64,000 nt of DNA from Rhynchobatus australiae (taxonomy: Eukaryota), in assembly GCA_034780895.1 (NCBI GenBank), contig JAUZTB010000011.1, positions 50,021,798-50,085,797 on the forward strand, given 5' to 3'. The position numbers and the translations under genes were made by a program. The notes below the pieces were generated by a model. It was not told the DNA's origin. It did no database searches and saw only the letters and a list, made by a program, of their open reading frames with translations. Positions 25,798 to 38,800 of the stretch are shown in pieces. The first letter of the stretch is position 1. Each line of letters begins with the position of its first letter.

Positions 25798-27281
25798 TAG
25801 AAGTACAGTTAAGAAGTAAATTAGGAAACAAAAAAGGGAGTTGAGGTATCCTTGGCAGATAAGGTAAAGGAGAATCTTAAGTATATTAAGAGCAAAAGGG
25901 GAACGAGGAAGAGAGTAGGTGCTCTTAAGGATCCATGTGGTAATCTGTGTGGAGCCACAGGAGTTGGATGAGGTCTTAAATGAATACTTCTCCATAGTAA
26001 ATACAGATGAGAAAAGGACATGATAGCTAGTGACTTCAGGGAAGAGAACAGTGATATCCCGAAGCATATCGACATTACAAAGGAGGTGGTGTTGGTGACC
26101 TAGAAACACTTAAAGGTGGATAAATATACTTGGACATTGTGAGAAGCAAGGGAGGACACTGGGGCCCTGACAAAGATTTTTATCTTTATTAGCCACAGGT
26201 GAGGTCTTGAAAGACTGGAAGATGGCCGATGTTGTGCCTCTTTTTAAGAAGGACTGCAAGGACAAGCCAAGGAACTGCAGGCTAGTGAACCTTGCGTCAA
26301 TGGTGGGAAAATGGAAGGGATTTAAGGGGACATGATTTATTTGCATTTGGAAAGCCAAGGACTGATTGGGGCTAGTTAGCATGGCTTTGTTTGTTGGAGA
26401 TCATGTCTCATGAATTTGATTGGGTTTTTTGAGGTTGCCAAGAGGATTGATGAGGACAGGGCCATGGACATTGTCTACGTGGACTTTAGCAAGAGCTTTG
26501 ACAAGATCCCACATGGTAGGCCAGTCCAGAAGTTTGGAATATTTGGGATGTAAGGTGAAGTAGCAAATTGAATACAAAATTGGTTTGGTAGGAGGCAGAG
26601 GGTGGTAGTGGAGGTTGTTTTTCATGTTGGAGACCTGGAACCAGTGGTGTGCAGCAGTGATTTGGTGCTGGATCCTTTGTTGTTTATCATGAATATTAAT
26701 GATTTGTAAGGGAATGTATGTGGCATGATTAGTAAATTTGTGGATTAACAAAAATTGAAGGTGGGGAATGTTTTCTAAGGTTACAATAGGACCTAGATCT
26801 AGGGGAAAATGGGCAAAGGAATTGGCTGATTGAATTTATATTAGACACATGCAAAATGATATATTTTGGGAAGTTAAACCAGGGCAGGACATACAGTGAA
26901 TGGCAGGGCCCTGGAGAGGGTAATTGAACAATGAGACTTTGGGTACAAATACATAGTTCCCTGAAAGTGGTGACACAGCTAATCATAAGGGTGAAGATGT
27001 ACAGTATGCTTGCCTTCATCGACCATGACATTGATCACAGGAGTTGAAACTTGTTATGGTTGTACAAATCCTTTGTTTCGCCGAACTTAGTATTGTGGGT
27101 AGTTCTGGTCACCGTGCTATAGGAAGAATGTGATTAAGCTAGAAAAGATTCACAGGAATGTTGCATGGACTGGAAAGTTTTGAGTTGTATGGATGTGGGC
27201 CAAATGCAGGCAAATGGGATTAGCTTAGATAGACACCATGGTTGGTATGGACGTGTTGGGCTATATAACTCTATGAATCTA
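25798..27281 (+). mobile_element. 5'-truncated CR1-type LINE (about 1.5 kb) inserted in an older CR1
   Basis: Decayed ORF2 motifs (gactggaagatggccgatgttgtgcctc = DWKMADVVP; gtctacgtggactttagcaag = VYVDFSK). 3' tail tataactctatgaatcta. AAGATG at 25792-25797 and 27282-27287 is a candidate target site duplication. Confidence 0.9.
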
Positions 27282-27595
27282 AAGATGGGGTTGTTTTTAG
27301 AGCAGGGAAGGTAAAAGAAGAATTAGAGCTGTTCACAATTATGAAAGGCATCGATAGTGACAAGCTGGTTAATTTAGCAGATGGTTGGTCACTAGGTAGC
27401 ACAGATTTAAGGTGATTAGCTGAAGAATCAGAGAGCAGATGAAAATTTTATGCAGAATTGTAATTTGGAATAAAGTACTTGGAGGAGGTGGAAGCAGTTA
27501 CACTTGAAAAGGAAAATGCTTGCAGAGATGTAGGAAGCAGCAAAGAGTGGAAACTAATTGGTTAGCTTTTTCAAAGATATGCCACAGTTATGGTC
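27282..27595 (+). mobile_element. 3' half of an older CR1 copy whose 5' half is at about 25530-25797
   Basis: Removing the insert gives ...tctagagaagatg|gggttgtttttagagcagggaagg..., a continuous CR1 3' segment (LEKxGLF..EQ..L). Confidence 0.65.
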
Positions 27596-27998
27596 NNNNN
27601 NNNNNGAATGCATTCCTGTTTGGGGAAAGTGGATATTTCAGCAGTTTGGGCAACAAGCAGACAGAAACCACAAAGGAAGTGGGAGGTTCAAGCATAATCA
27701 TTGATAGAGCTGTGTTGTAGTGTGTACATGTGGCATCTGACTGCATGTCTGATGGATCATGTCAATTCCCACAAGCTAATCCTTTGGGAATTCTGAAGGA
27801 AATTGTTCATGTTGAACAGCACTAAGAATGTTCTGGTAAAGAATGGATCCAAACAAGGATATGACTGAACCAGTCACCAGGGAAGGGGTTTTGTAGGANN
27901 NNNNNNNNNNNNNNNNNNNNNNNNNNNNNNNNNNNNNNNNNNNNNNNNNNNNNNNNNNNNNNNNNNNNNNNNNNNNNNNNNNNNNNNNNNNNNNNNNN

Positions 27999-28470
27999 CA
28001 ACCTGGGGAATATTCCATCAGGCCCTGGAGACTTATCCACTTTAATTCCTTTAAGAGACCCAACACTACCTCCTCCTTTATCTCAACATGACCCAGCATG
28101 CTTGTGTGCTCTACACTGATCTCACTATCCTCCATATACTCCTCCTTGGTAAATAAAGATGCAGAGTACTCATTTAGGACCTCACCCATATCCTCCGCCT
28201 CCAAGCATGTTCCCTCCTTGAGTGGTGCTTCCCGCTCCCTGGTTATCCCCTTGCTCTTGATGTCTGTATAGAATACCTTAGGATTCTCTTTAATCCTACT
28301 TGCCAAGGACTTCTCATGGCCCCTCCTAGCTCTCCTAATTCCGTTTGATCTTAGTTTCCTAAACCTCACATACATTTCCTTTTTCTCCTTGACTAAATTC
28401 ACCACCTCGCTCATCATCCAAGGTTCCCTTACCTTGTCATCCTTGTCCTTCAAGGAAGATTGAATGGCAT
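27999..28470 (-). mobile_element. CR1-type LINE ORF2 fragment
   Basis: ORF 27776..28486 contains IRRARRGHEKSLASRIKENPKVFY...MGEVLNEY, and the next frame has DKSPGPDGIFPRL. Confidence 0.9.
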
Positions 28471-30999
28471 TGAAGAAATATATCAATTGAGGCGCCTTTT
28501 CAATGAAACAATTTGATATTGGCCCTAACTTTCTTTTGTGAGTTTAATTGTTATTTATTGTTTAAATGTGATATTTTTCAGTGTTCTATTATTCAAACAA
28601 CATTTCCTTACACCTTTGTTGAAAAATATGAATATAACAGTTGACAGGTCTAGATTTGGAACTTTGAAAAATCTATTGCATATATTTTTAAACCATGATT
28701 TACTTTGTCACAGTGACTGCAAAGTATTTGACTGATGATAAAATTTGGTGGGATATCCTAAAAGGAATGTAAAAGGGTGTTAGAGAAATGCAAGTCATTT
28801 AGGCACAACTTTCCTGAACTCAGTGACTCCTCCATGAGGGACAGGTAGTGGCAGGGACTGTCACATCATAAGAATCTAAACAAGCATTTGAATCACCAAG
28901 GCATAGAAAGCTGGTAAATGAGATTAGTGCAGAGAGGTACTTGATGGTTGTCATGAACATGGTAGAGTGCAGGGCATGTTTCTTTGCAGACTCTTGTTCT
29001 AAAGATTAGAAAATGTTCCTTGTTCAGAGGAATCTTGGTGATGAACATAGGAACACAATGTGTCGAAGGAGAGAGCATTATTATGTTTAAGCTTGCCCTT
29101 GGTCAACCTGCAGACTTCCAGAAAAAGTCATTAAAAATGAACCAGCTTGAGGAGTCCTGGTTGATCATCTGCTTTATTTGGTGCAAAGGTTGATTGAAGC
29201 ACTCTCCTATTATTCTAGCTGAGGTTGACCTGCTCAGCATAAGGTGGAGATTATATCAAAAATCCCTGAAGTATATAGTTCAGTTACAGTACGAAGTGGA
29301 AAATATAACAGAATCATTGGGATATCAGGACTTTGAACGTGTCCACATTAGGTTATTTGGATTGATGAGAATGTAGACTTTGAAACTAACACATCATGAT
29401 TTGGAAAAATAGATGTAAATTTATTCATTTTCTCTAACTGTCTTGTAGACCATCAGCTAATAAGAACCCAATAATCCTGCACTGTTAATGCTCTGTTAAA
29501 TGCCAGACTTCTTCAGATGCCCCATTACACCTACTGAGAATAATGGCTAATCTTATTCAGTGAATAATTGTTTATTCTCAAATGTGCCTTAAACCAGGTA
29601 AAATGTGCTGAGGGAATAATAATCTTTCTGGTGAAGGACTACTTCCTGCTAAATATTTTATATAAAATATTATCAAATAATTTAATGTTATCATTCTGTT
29701 GTGTTGAGTCCCTTAGTTCAAATAAATTAAAAACTAAAATAGTAGATTAGATGCATGAAGAAAGAGTGGCCAAGTATTCAAATGCTGTTACAAGGATTCC
29801 CATTGTAAACAAAAAAAAATAATCATCTACATCATTTTTTGATAGGTTTTCTACCTTTTGGGAGCAATAGTTTTAGACACCTAGTTCTTTGGAACTAATT
29901 GATGTTTGTCCCTTGTGTTGTAATTGCACTCGAAGAAACATTGTAAATCAGAAGCAAGCATCCACTAATTAGCAGAGAGCAGACTCAATATATTAAATAC
30001 CAAACAAATATTCATGCAAAGTTTGAAAATGTATAATACTGTAGGTTGTTACTTCACTGGGATGAATTCTATAGAAAGAAGTGTCAGAGTAGGATGGAGC
30101 AGGGACCTAATTTAGATGCTTTATCTGCACTTAATGCAAATAATTTATATGGTTAGGCAAAATAGTTATGCANNNNNNNNNNCAGCTACAATCCACTACA
30201 AGCATTGTGACTGCTTTGGATTCTTAGAGTTAGTAAACTGTGTAGCTTTTGGATCTCATTTCATGACAGTAGCCTTGACAAATTTGGTTAGTCCTTCAGA
30301 GCCCTTTTGATATCTCATTTATTCTTTTTACCTTAATGGGATAGGCCATCTATTTTCATAAACAGAGAGGATAAACTGAATCTAGATGCCACATTGAGTG
30401 GGTAATGACACTTAAAGTAATTCTAATTTGTCTTATCTCTGCTACTTGTGACCACTTTTGTAGCTGCCAGTGTTATTTTCTATGAAACCAGATATCAATA
30501 TATGTAAACTTTGTAACACCACAATTAGAAGAGATTAGTGGTGAGACTTATTTTTGTGTTGTATGAGTGATTTATGAAATGAGTTAGGCTGAAATCTATC
30601 TTTGTTGGTTGGTTGTCAGCTTATGTGCTTCCTTGGGAAATATTACATTGCACAATCTACATTCAGGTCAAGTATTTAAGGGTGATCAGTTGTCAGTATT
30701 TTACCTGGCTTAAATTAGATCCATTCTCTTTAAACAAATATGCATTTAAGGTATTCAAAGTATTTATTTACTAGTCACACGTACATTGAAACACACAGTG
30801 AAATGCAGCTTTTGCATAGTGTGTTCTGGGGGCAGCCCGCAAGTGTTGCCACGCTTCCGGCACCTTAAAATCAAGTGGGCACAACACTCCATTGAAGGTT
30901 AACTGGAAGAGAACAACATTCATGTGGATCGTGTACCATTCTTTTTTATTTGCCTGAAGGGTTATTTTCATTCAACAATACATTGTCAGTTGATTAATA

Positions 31000-31308
31000 C
31001 AGGTCTGTCTTAGGCAATGAACAGGTTCCGTTTTTACAGGCATCCATAAGTCGATTTTTGTCCATAGTCGGAAAGAACACAAAATTCCCTCAATATGGTA
31101 ACCATTCCTCCACAGTATTGTAATAAATGGCATCGAGACTTTTAAGACCAATAAGAAAGAAAAATGGAGAGAGGGGGGAAAACTAATTCTGCTGTTAGTA
31201 GGAAGAAATGTATGAACGTATTTTGGACTTCTGAGTTTAATAATATAGGAGCTTGTTCATATGTATGGGTGTCCAAAAGTCGGGCGTTCATAACTGAGGT
31301 GTAGCCTA
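31000..31308. mobile_element. Tigger-like MITE, probably related to 22-447
   Basis: TA|CAGGT... left end and ...cataactgaggtgtagccta|TA right end. Internal repeated taagtcg/aagtcgg motifs. Confidence 0.55.
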
Positions 31309-31649
31309 TACTAATTAGGAATTAATTGTTACCCCTTATCATGAATGATTGATCCACATTAGAATGAGAATGCATACTCTGCACTATTTGAGTTAATTTA
31401 TAAATAAGTATTATGGCTATTTTATCCAATGATTTTAGCCTTGTGAAAAAATATGTTAAGAGTTTCTTATGTAGTAGCTTGCCACAATAATAAACCAGAA
31501 AAAAAAAGTCTACAACATTGCATGCTGACTGCCCATCCTTTCTCATGATTTAAAATTTATGATATGACTGATAGATTTCTTTATAGAGCAGAGGCAAACA
31601 TCTAATTGGAGAAGTTCAAACACAGTTGCAGGAAAGATGAGTACATATT

Positions 31650-32240
31650 TGTTAGGGGTGGGTGATCATTTGCACTTACAGGGGTCTTAAGGGGCTGTGC
31701 AGGCCAATTGAAGTGTGACATAAAGTACACGAGGCTTGGATTGTCAGCGAGCAGGGAGACTAGGAAGCATTGGTATAACCTGGTTAGTAGTTTAGTGTGT
31801 ATGGTAGTGAAGGAAACAGGTCGGGCTAATGGATAAGTTTGGGAAGGATGTAGTGTAATATGACAATGTAGATAAATACATGAGGGTTAGGCCAGGTGAA
31901 ATCATGGACAGAGCAGCAGAGTGGCTTGGCTTTGTAGCCTTGGGGGTTGGGGGGAGCGGAGAAAGAAGTGGAGACTGCTAAATGGATCATAGTGTTAGTA
32001 ATAAAAGCCCTGGAGTTTATTGAGATGGTGCAGGATGGGGGTCAGTGGGAACAGGCAAGAGCTTAAGAAATGCTTGATCATGGAGGAAGGTAGCCAGATG
32101 TTGTCTTTTCTCTGGAGTATCATCCTAGATGAATGTGCAGTTAGCAGAGGGTAGAGGAGCTTGAAGGAACAATATAGTCCACCAAATCTGGTGCAGTATA
32201 GTTCAACTGGATGTATGTCATTAGTGCTAAGTCTGTCACT
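31650..32240 (-). mobile_element. Ancient L2-like LINE remnant
   Basis: G/A-rich + strand with the texture of decayed L2 ORF2, like 5650-6450. Confidence 0.4.
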
Positions 32241-33044
32241 TGTCATGGAGCATTTTGTTTTTGTTCACTCTCTCTTGAGAGAATGATGCACAGATTTGAA
32301 GATGTCAGAAGCAAGATTTATGAAATGGTTGAGAAGCAACCTGACATCAAAAGCACAAGAAGATTGTGGGGAATAAAAAAAAACTGCTGGAGGTCAGGCA
32401 GGACTTGTAGAGACAGTTGACATTTTGGGTCCCTGCATCAGGATTGTAATAGAGTTGCTCTGTTTTAAATTGAACAATGTAACTTCAATCCGCTGAAGCA
32501 TAGTGACTTTTATGCAACACTGAGTTGTCCTGATTCGGGGTGAACTCCGTGTTTGTTACAGGATCATGTGCTGTGAAGCAAAGCAACTTTTGCATTTGTA
32601 TTTGGCTTCATCTTTTTGTATACCTTCAGAGAGAGTGAAGGAACTTGTAATAAATGTATACACACAACTTGGATGACAAACAACTAGATTACGTTAATAC
32701 TTAACAGCCTTTGGTCAATACAGGTGTAGTTACATACATGTGCTGCTCAGATCACTTCCAGGGAATGAGAAGCTCTTGTATCTGAGAGAATACCCAAGGC
32801 AAGATCGTGAAATTGTTGCAAAAGCACTGAAACTGTAATGACTACCTGAATAATTGGGAATCAATGAAGTCAGACTCTTTCAGCAATAATGGGAGTGCAC
32901 CATTTGTGCCACACTATCAGCCAAAGTTTTGTGTTATAATTAGTGTCTGGAGCTCCATTACATAACTTGTGAGACTAGATGGTATCAGTTGAGTCAGACT
33001 GACACAAATATTTGTCCTCCTGTGTTTCCATCACAAGTGTCTAA

Positions 33045-33420
33045 TGAGTTTAGAATGAGAGGTGATCTTGTTAGAAGATTCTGAGGAAGGGATCATAATG
33101 GGCTGTGTTTCAAGATGTTTCCATTTGTAGGAGAACCTGTGGATGAGGACTCATAACTGGAAGATATGGGGTGGTCCTGTAGTACCATGGTGTGTAGGAA
33201 CTCATTCTTGCAGAGGGTGGTGAATCTCTGGAAGAGATTAGTCTCTGTGTGGAGACTGCATCATTGGAGACATTTTAAAGAGGAAATGGGTAAGTTCTTG
33301 GAAGATTGTGGAATTGAAGCCTATAGGGAACTGGTACAGAAGAGATGATGCCTAGGCAGATCAGCCATGATAATGTTGAACAGTGAGGCAGGCTTGAGGG
33401 GGCCTAGTGGCCAATTTTGA
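33045..33420 (+). mobile_element. CR1-type LINE 3' end
   Basis: agaatgagaggtgatctt...cagagggtggtgaatctctgga (QRVVNLW)...gatcagccatgat...caggcttgagggg. Confidence 0.85.
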
Positions 33421-34209
33421 CTTTCTTTTGTGCTTTTCTGTTTTGAAGACAGACCTGTGCTTTTTAAGCTGCCTTTTACATCTTAGTGAGGTATGAGTAG
33501 TGTCACATGCCCACTGTAGGCTATCCAAGTCCTCTGAAGTTAGTAGCCAGAGATGCTATAAGTTTTTTCTGTTTTAATACCTCATTGTGCCAGTAAGCAC
33601 ACTGCGCTGAAAACACCATGATCTTACAAGCCTCTCCAGTATCACACTACAAGAATGTGCTATTGTGACCACCATACAAATGCTTTCATCCCCAAATAAT
33701 TGTCACCTGCCAACAATGAAACCGGCACCAGAAGAAAAAATGAGAATTTATAAATTTAGCAGTGCAACACTTGAGCCTTTCCATTTTGAAAGACTTTTGC
33801 ATGTTCCTTGGTTGGTATTCAAATCTAGCCTAGCTATTTGTGAAATCTATTGCTGCATGAACATTCTGGTGCTGTGGTGTAATTCAGATGTTTGAATCCC
33901 TGCAGTGCCAGAGGCACACACCGAACGAGAAATGGAAGCTATACAACAGAAGATGTCCAATGAAGATTCTCAGCAAGAGAACAAATGGCTCTTGACATAA
34001 GAGAGTTAGACTTTTCAAACTGTCTCCCTTGCTGGCTTGTCGAGAGATTTTTTTAAAAAAAAGTACCACACAGGTTCAGCTTTGTGCACAGTGGCCTCCG
34101 TGAAGCCATGTACTTCTAGTGCTGTTCTTTCAGGCCTCTGTCCTCTGGGCCATAGTTAACGAGCATGGTGCTGACCATAAAAGCAGGAAGCAGTTCGGTC
34201 ACCTGAGAA

Positions 34210-34365
34210 TACACAAGAGACTGCAGATGCTGGAATCTGGAGCAGCAACACATGCTGGAGGAACCCAACAGCTCAGGCAGCATCTATGGAGGGAAATCCA
34301 TCTCTCCATCCCTTCATAGATGCTGTCTGACCCACTGAGTTCCTTCAACACTTTGTGTGTTGCTC
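34210..34365. repeat. Fold-back of two Penelope-type terminal repeats
   Basis: tcaggcagcatctatggaggga versus tcccttcatagatgctgtctga is 20/22 complementary. The arms extend imperfectly over about 34240-34294 and 34309-34365. Confidence 0.7.
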
Positions 34366-34539
34366 AATCACTGAGAAGTCTTGTTCTTAACCCCATTCAA
34401 CTTTAGTTATGAACCTGTTGGATAACCTTTCCAGTTTGCTGTTGTAAAAAGTATGAGGGGAAACATTTTCTGATTTATGAAGGTAAATAGTAGATTGGTC
34501 CTCTTTGCAAGAGATTTTGAGCATTGAGCAAGGATATCT

Positions 34540-35045
34540 TGCTCCAATTATGAGACCTCACCTGAAGTATAATGTGCAGGTTTGGTCTCCTTGGCTAAGA
34601 AAGGATATAATTATCTTTGAAGGAATGTATCAAAAGTTCATCAAATTACAAGAAGGATTCCTGGAATGGCTGAACTATCAAATGCAGACAGCTACAACAA
34701 GACTGCACGTTTGGAAGAATGAGAAATGTCATTGAAATGGGCTGGGCAGACTGGGTGTGGGGAAGAATTTTCCCTTGGGAGAAATATTAAATGGGGGGTA
34801 CAGTCTGAGAATGTAGGGTAAAAGTAACTCATTTCAGAATGGCATGAGGAATTTCTTCACTGAGGGTGGAATCCTTTACTAACTGGCAGTAGAGGCTAGG
34901 TTACCGAATATATTCAAGGACAGATTCATAGAAACAAAAGGCATCAAGGTGTGATGAGAGCATGGGAATATGATATTGAGATCATGGGTCAGCTATGATT
35001 GACTTGAATCATGGAGTAGGCTTGAAGGGACAAATAGCCAACTCT
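34540..35045 (+). mobile_element. CR1-type LINE 3' end
   Basis: ORF 34505..34735 contains MRPHLKYNVQVWSPWLRKDI. Confidence 0.85.
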
Positions 35046-35909
35046 TTTGTTTCTTTGGTTACATTACTTTAATCAAATGTTAGCAGGATCCCTAATGTGA
35101 CAATGTAAAGGAAGCTCCAAGAATTAGCTGTTTTTCTGTGTACCTATTTCAGTATCTTCCTATTGTTGGTCAGTTTATTTAAATATTCAAGATGGAATGG
35201 AGTGAAGATTGTTTTGAAGGTAAGTATAGTTTGTCATGTATCTGGATTTTTCTGCTGTCCACAATCATTCATGAAACAATCTTCTCTCCTGGAGCATTAC
35301 TGCCAGGAAGGCAAAGACTCTGGTTCAGTTCAAGTTAATGTGGTGCTAAGGATCCTTGATTACTGCATCCCTGCTGCCACATGCAGTGGTAATTGAAGCT
35401 ATAGCAGTCATTTGCATAGTTTGCCTGTTACAAAGTCACTGCATTTCAAAAAAAAGTTAACTTGTCAAACAGTGCATCTTCACTTGAATTCAAGCGTATT
35501 TTCTGTATTAATCCATGGCTACATGATGGAAAGCACATCAGCCTTCAACCAGTATCCTACACAATGTCAAAAGGGCCACTGATTCTACAAACGTTATGCT
35601 TTAAAATTGAAACTTGTCAATGGCAAACCTCAGACAAGACAAAATTGACAAAAAAAAGACACAATAGCTGGGTGAACAGGAACTGGTGTAGGCCAGGCAT
35701 TGGAACTGCCTTTGCAGCCAAAGTTCAGAAAACCTCCCAGGAATCACCAGACCATTGGGACAAGTTGAGAGGCCAGTCTGAGGGACATTGGCCTTTTGAT
35801 GCAGGGTTTAGGGACCCTGCATTCAGCAGGGCATGGGCACAAATTATGCCCATACTCTGCTGAAATGCCTTTTTATTTAGCACCACAAAAATTGATTGAA
35901 TGCCAGTTG

Positions 35910-36125
35910 ATTTTTAACACTTGTTTGTCATGAAATTTGTTTTGCTGCAGCAGTGCAGTGCAAAGATATAAAATTACTATAAATCACAGAAATAGTGCAA
36001 AAAAAAGTAGTGTTCAGGGACCATTTGGAAATCTGGCAGACGGGAAGAAGCTGTTCCTAAATCATTGAGTGTGAGTCCTCGGGCACTTCCTCTCTCATAG
36101 TAGTAGTGAGAGGAGGGCATGTCCA
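35910..36125 (-). mobile_element. Rex1-like LINE 3' end
   Basis: gggaagaagctgttcctaaatcattgagtgtgagtc...agtgagaggagggcatgtcc. Similar to 54330-54430. Confidence 0.55.
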
Positions 36126-37899
36126 GTTAAAGGCACTGAAAATGCTATTGGTCAGGTATGCTATTACTCTATTATATAATTCCTACTTGCCAGCCTAGCA
36201 ATGATCTGCTAATCATGGGGGATAGTTTATAATGGTACTATAATCTAGGATGATTCTCCAGAACTAGAACACTTTGAGAACGTTCCTCAGGCAGGGTAAT
36301 GAACTTCCTATTCCAGGAATAATGTACCTCAGCCAGAGACCGTTTCCAGAAATGGAGGATATAAAGTTCCTCTAGATTAGTGTTTATTTTTGCATATGTT
36401 CCTCCAAACATGTATGATCTCAAGCACAGTTAGTTGCAACACAAGTAGCCATGATAGTATCCCTTGAGTATCCATGGAATTATAGTATTTTAAATGATGA
36501 GAATATTTGATTTGAAGCAATCTGATTATCAGTATAGTCATGAGTGGTGGTGGAGTCAAGGGGACAGTTGTGAATGATGCAAGTTTGCAGTATAAATAGC
36601 TAATTAAACAGGGATTACACCCTCTAGCTAATACATGAATGTTGGTCAAAGTTTGTTTTGGATTAAAAGACTTCAATGGATTTGAACCATTGTCTACAGT
36701 TAGGACAGATTAAAAATATTCATTCCAATTATTAGGATGTTAGGTTTTGGCAGTTTTTAATGTACTTTATTTTTTTTTGTACTGGGACGTTCAGAACAGA
36801 GTCAAGTGTGTTACATACCAGCAGCAAAAGAAACATGCCAAGTCGTGTATGTGTTTAAAATATTACAACTAATGATAAGAAAAATAAAAGTAAAAATGTT
36901 AGGTCTTAAACATTAACCCCAAAAACTAAACTCGGTGTGTGTGTGGCAAATTCCCAAACTCCCAAGTCCAGGAATAGTTCTCAAAGTTTGGTTCAGCAAG
37001 TTGCAAGGTGAAACGTGAGCAAAGGCTTCTGCAAGACCACTGTTGACTGAAGAGGAATTGTAAAGAAATAGAGTAATTACAAAATCCAAATGTTCCACTT
37101 TGGAACTCGTATGACACCTCAATCACTGATGATCTCCATTCCTTTGTTGTGAAGTATCTGCCACCCTGAAAGGCATTTGAGATGTGGCCATCCACACAAA
37201 AGCTGTTTCCTTCTACAGGTTAACGATAAAGTGGACTCCACTGGATTATTCCAAAAATCCATATGTGGATTGTAGTGACAGACGGTTATTTTTCATCCAT
37301 TGATACAGAGACCAGCGAGCAGGGTGTCTCTCTCCCTCCCTCTCTCCTCTCTGACCACTCCAAAACATGTCATCATGTTCTTATCTCCTGTTGTCATAAT
37401 CACCGTGTGTGTGCGCACACACACGCATGTCTTAAAGGGACATTCTCCAAATAGTAACGTAATCCATAACAAGTGAAAACAGTTGATAATTCCAACTTTG
37501 GTGTATTCCTCGTTTGTGAATTGGGGACAATTCATCTTTGGAATGAAGGGGATGGGAGGGGGGAAGTTGCAAATGTTTTAAAAACAAGTATGTTTTGGCT
37601 CTTCACAACTTTGACTCCGAATATGTAAAATTAACATTCTCCCTTTTGAAGGAAAGGGTCTTTTGCTTATTGTGGTCTGAAGGTTCATACTGAAAATTAC
37701 ATTTGTTTTATTGAGTTAACACGTGCATGGTAGTATCCATTATATCTAATTCATTGAGTCTCAGGAGCCATGACAATAGAGCTTTTGGCATACAGAGAAA
37801 TGGACTTCCCATAATTGGGTGCTTTTTTTATTAGAACAGACTATTGATGGACGTAAGGAGAAAATCAATTTCCCAGCCTTCCCTAATATTACAAAGTTG

Positions 37900-38800
37900 T
37901 TAACTCTTAACTGCTCCTGAAATTGCTGAGCAAACAATTCAGTTGCTTCAAAACTACCGCATTAGCTCACAATAAGAATAAAAACTGTGAGGTGCTTCTT
38001 GTCAATGATCTGGGCACCAGATCACCAGAAATGGCCCAGCCCAGTCAACCTTGCAAAGTTGTCCTCGGAAACGTTTGGGATTGGTATCTGGTTTAGGGGA
38101 GGTATCCTACACAGGTGTCAAGGGACAGCCTGACCTGGCTGTGCTCATAGAATCTTGGATGTCCATCACATTCCCCAGGTATGTCCTACCCCTCTGCCAG
38201 GCAATCCCAGTGGTGGTGGCAGCAGCACAGTAGATCGTGGTCAGGAAGGAGCAGTTGTGAAGCAGCTTCCTTACACAGGCGAGGAAAATTCTTAATTATT
38301 GTTCACCCATTTCCCTCTGAACTGGTATTTCTCTGCATTGAACACTATTGAAAAAGCACAGAATAGCAAGAACACAGAATGTACACTGCATGGGAGATTT
38401 CAGTAGCTTGGTAGCTCCATCACAGTAGCTAGTGGTGAATTAATGTACACAATTAAAAAACCTACTTGTACTGTTAGTAATGCATGACAGTTTTCATAGT
38501 AGTGACCACTACACTATCCTTGTTGTGTAGCACTGCCATTATGCTAAATAGGATAGATTGTGAATGGAGCTAGCATCTCAAAGTTGGGGATTCGTGAGGC
38601 ACCATGGACCACCAGTGCAGTATATTATGTAATGTCTTGAGCTGACATATTCTTCACTCTGCCAGCTCTATTAACCAAAAGGTCCAAGCCTGGGCAGTAT
38701 GGAAGTTTGTGCCAGGAAGCACTCCACATCTCATTACAGCGAAGAGCTGAATTCCAGAAGTCAGTTGGTACTAAAAATTACTCAGATTTTAAGAGATTAA
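37900..38800 (+). mobile_element. Decayed LINE endonuclease region (CR1/L2 group)
   Basis: ORF 38051..38233 contains GLVSGLGEVS...QPDLAVLIESW...ITFPRY, an APE-like N-terminus (PD.+.+TE+W...IPGY). Confidence 0.7.
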
